A stretch of 32,391 bases of DNA, taken from the IMG/VR virus record IMGVR_UViG_3300045988_068295; one strand, written 5' to 3'. The DNA comes from a virus. Below the pieces are notes generated by a model. That model saw nothing but the letters and a program-made list of their open reading frames with translations, did not search any database and was not told the origin of the DNA. Shown piece by piece: positions 30,003 through 32,391 of this stretch. Every line of letters begins with the position of its first letter. Position 1 is the stretch's first letter. A program made the position numbers and the translations under genes.

Positions 30003-31014
30003 GCGGACAAGTGCCCTGACGGCAGGCGGCCACAAGAGCATCTGCGTCTACGACGGCCAGCTGAACCTGCTGGGCCGGCTGGCAAGCTGGGTGTCGCTGG
30101 TCTGGCCGGAGCGCTACAACGTGTACAGCGGGGTGCAGGGTGCGCAGCTGGAACTGCACGCCTCCACCGACCTGCAGGCCCTGTGCCGCCCGGACCGGTA
30201 CCTCTGGCTCACCGGCTCCGACCGCATCATGCGCATCTGCTCGGCGCAGACCGACCGCTCCGAACACAAGCTCGTGATCGCGGCCAGGGACGCCGCCTGC
30301 ATCCTGGACGAGCGGATCAGCACCCGGACCCTGAGCGGCTTTGCGGTGGAAAGCACCCTGCGCAGCCTTGTGTCCGGTGCGGCTGCATGGCCGGGGCTGG
30401 AGCTGGGCGTGCTTGCAGATCTTGCCGACACCTACACCGGCGAGGTCAAGCCCGGCAGCCTGCTCAACATCGCCGAGCAGGTGTGCCAGGAGCTGGACAT
30501 CGGGTTCCGGGTGCGGTTCGACCAGCAGGCCAAGAAGTTGCTGTTTGAGCTGTACCGGCCCAAGCTGGACCCCAACGCCCGGTATGCGCCCCAGTACGGC
30601 AACCTGACCGGCCTGACCTACACTGAGAGCATCACCGACTACAAGAACATCGTGACCGTGGCGGGCGCGGACGGCACCGTTACCGTGGGTGCCACCGGCA
30701 ACACCGGCTCTGCCCGGCGGGAACTGTATCTGGACGCCACCTCTAAAAAGAAGGAGGACAACCAGAGCCAGGAGGATTATCTGGCCGCGCTGCGGGCGCT
30801 GGGTGAGCAGGAACTGGTCAAGCACACCCGCATTGAGAACTTCCGCTTTACCCCGACCGGAACGGTCACGGTAGGCAAGGTGGTGGCCGCCAGCCTGCCC
30901 GGCACCGACATCCAGGCAGCGGCCCGCATTACCAGCGTGACCCTGAGTTCCCAGAAGGGCGAAAACACGGTCACTACCGAGATCGGCACACCCATTCTCA
31001 GGAGGAAACCATGA
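29995..31014 (+). CDS. Tail-associated / baseplate hub protein (Sipho_Gp37-like)
   Basis: Called from synteny after Dit. GGAGGTG RBS. Confidence 0.55.
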   Translation: MAERTSALTAGGHKSICVYDGQLNLLGRLASWVSLVWPERYNVYSGVQGAQLELHASTDLQALCRPDRYLWLTGSDRIMRICSAQTDRSEHKLVIAARDAACILDERISTRTLSGFAVESTLRSLVSGAAAWPGLELGVLADLADTYTGEVKPGSLLNIAEQVCQELDIGFRVRFDQQAKKLLFELYRPKLDPNARYAPQYGNLTGLTYTESITDYKNIVTVAGADGTVTVGATGNTGSARRELYLDATSKKKEDNQSQEDYLAALRALGEQELVKHTRIENFRFTPTGTVTVGKVVAASLPGTDIQAAARITSVTLSSQKGENTVTTEIGTPILRRKP

Positions 31015-32186
31015 GCATCATCACTTACCCGCTGAACGGCGTCACCTACGACGCGGAGGACGTGAGCACCTATCTGTGCACCCGCACCTCCGGCGTCTAC
31101 GCCAAAGATTCCAACTACGCGGTCAGCGTCACCGGCCCGCGGCAGATCACCGTAGCTCCCGGCCTTGCGTGGATCAACTACGACGACTTCAAGGGCGTCT
31201 CGGCCTGCAGCCGGGAGGCGGTCAACCTGACCGTCCCGGACGCCGACAGCACCCTGCCCCGCATCGACCGGGTGGTGCTGCAGTTCGACACGGCGGCCAA
31301 CCTGACCGCCGTCAAGCTCAAGCCTGGCACGCCTGCCGCCGCCCCGGAGCCGCCCGCCATCCTGCAGAACCACAACCAGTACGAGCTGGGCCTGTGCACG
31401 GTGAGCGTGCCTGCAGGCTCCTCGGTGATCACCGCCGCCGACATCACCGACACCCGCGCGGACGAGGACGTGTGCGGCGTCATGCGGGACGGGGTCAAGG
31501 GCATCCCCACGGCCCAGCTGCAGGCGCAGGCGCTGGCCATGCTGACCCAGCTGTCCACTGAGCTGCACACCAAACTCGACGCCCTGGACGCCGCCATCGC
31601 GGCGGTGGAGAGCGGGAGCTTTTACACCAAGAGCGAGGCGGACAAAAAGTTCGGCACGCCGTACACCCTGCCGCCCGCTACGGCGGACCAGCTGGGCGGC
31701 GTGAAGGTGGGCGACTACCTGGACATCGCTGCGGACGGCACCCTCAGCGGCAAGACGCTGTATGACACCATCGCGGCCAGTGTGGCGGTCAAGTCGGAGC
31801 CCCGGCTGGTGTGGAACTACGGAAAGTTTGACATTGACCGAAATCAAGTGCACACCTATCAGGCTCCATCTGACGTTGACTATTTTGTCTATAAGTATGC
31901 CAGCGTCGATGAGAACGTGACGATTCCTCGCGGAAACACGGTAAAAACATCGGTCGGACAGGAGTTCACGATTACTTTCCAGACAGACGGAACCATCACG
32001 TTCACCAATGCAAAAAGCAGCTACAATAACAGAAATTATGTGTACAACGTCACATTTACCGGCTACCACTACCCCACCCTCGCGGACCTGCTGACCGAGA
32101 CGCAGGCCGCACAGGCGTACTATGACGCACTGGACGCGGAGGACAGCGCGATTGATGCACCGGACGATGTGACGCAGGAAGAGTAA
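31011..32186 (+). CDS. Tail fibre / receptor-binding protein
   Basis: It is the last structural gene. It carries the fibre motif ADQLGGVKVGDYLDIAADGTLSG. The C-terminal ~125 aa are encoded by visibly lower-GC DNA. Confidence 0.7.
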   Translation: MSIITYPLNGVTYDAEDVSTYLCTRTSGVYAKDSNYAVSVTGPRQITVAPGLAWINYDDFKGVSACSREAVNLTVPDADSTLPRIDRVVLQFDTAANLTAVKLKPGTPAAAPEPPAILQNHNQYELGLCTVSVPAGSSVITAADITDTRADEDVCGVMRDGVKGIPTAQLQAQALAMLTQLSTELHTKLDALDAAIAAVESGSFYTKSEADKKFGTPYTLPPATADQLGGVKVGDYLDIAADGTLSGKTLYDTIAASVAVKSEPRLVWNYGKFDIDRNQVHTYQAPSDVDYFVYKYASVDENVTIPRGNTVKTSVGQEFTITFQTDGTITFTNAKSSYNNRNYVYNVTFTGYHYPTLADLLTETQAAQAYYDALDAEDSAIDAPDDVTQEE

Positions 32187-32212
32187 TGCCAAGAAAGAAA
32201 GGACGTGAGAGC

Positions 32213-32391
32213 ATGGCAATCAAACAGTATAGCCTGAAAGCGGACAGAAAAAAGAAACTGTCCCCGAATTTTACGGTCTACGAGTTCCGCTGCCGCGACG
32301 GCAGCGACGTCGTGATGATCGACGAAAGCCTTGTGGTGCTTTTGCAGTGCATCCGGGAGCACTTTGGCAAGCCCATCACGATCACCAGCGG
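32213..32391 (+). CDS. Endolysin (peptidase M15), 5' part; continues at position 78 of the window because 32315..32391 duplicates 1..77
   Basis: The ATG at 32213 encodes MAIKQYSLKADRKKKLSPNFTVYEFRCRDGSDVVMIDESL..., in frame with ORF 1..312. FxxxEFxC is the usual N-terminal motif of Peptidase_M15_3. Confidence 0.85.
   Translation, partial: MAIKQYSLKADRKKKLSPNFTVYEFRCRDGSDVVMIDESLVVLLQCIREHFGKPITITS
32315..32391 (+). repeat. 77-nt exact terminal duplication of 1..77 (circular-contig overlap)
   Basis: Base-by-base identity was checked. Confidence 0.95.

Noticed and set aside
31011-32186. Diversity-generating retroelement acting on the tail fibre.
   Set aside because: There is no reverse transcriptase gene anywhere in the genome. 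I noticed no template/variable repeat pair near the fibre 3' end.

Overview
The window is a complete, circularly assembled genome of a temperate siphovirus-type phage, about 32.3 kb of unique sequence. Bases 1..77 are repeated exactly at 32315..32391, and the endolysin gene runs across that junction. The DNA is high-GC with Firmicute-style GGAGG ribosome-binding sites. A high-GC Clostridia host (Oscillospiraceae-like) is inference only.

Gene order:
- Lysis cassette: M15 endolysin plus two holin-like genes.
- A stand-alone Spo0A C-terminal-domain gene.
- attP: a tRNA 3' fragment flanked by arm-type repeats.
- Tyrosine integrase.
- A lower-GC secreted cargo gene.
- CI-like repressor with a divergent genetic switch carrying three 11-bp operators.
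- Small early genes.
- Replication/recombination module: DUF3102-like, SMC-like ATPase, Sak4-like, DUF669, SF2 helicase and primase-helicase.
- An AT-rich iteron region, then RusA and a sigma-r4-like regulator.
- A 350-bp structured non-coding region, then HNH endonuclease and portal.
- MuF fused to an ADP-ribosyltransferase, followed by a small Cys-rich ORF.
- tRNA-Trp, large terminase, scaffold and HK97-fold capsid.
- Head-tail joining genes, major tail protein and G/GT chaperone with a -1 frameshift.
- Tape measure, Dit, Tal-like protein and tail fibre.

Most interesting leads:
1. The MuF-ADPRT virion toxin with its translationally coupled candidate immunity ORF.
2. The receiver-less Spo0A_C protein and a recurring TTSCGACA motif.
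3. Two plus-strand units of consensus promoter, short transcript and intrinsic terminator, both antisense to the leftward repressor/cargo/integrase block.
4. A convergent, overlapping pair of tail-anchored membrane protein genes directly downstream of PR.
5. Shared C-terminal tails on replication proteins.

No database search was possible. All family calls rest on motifs read by eye.
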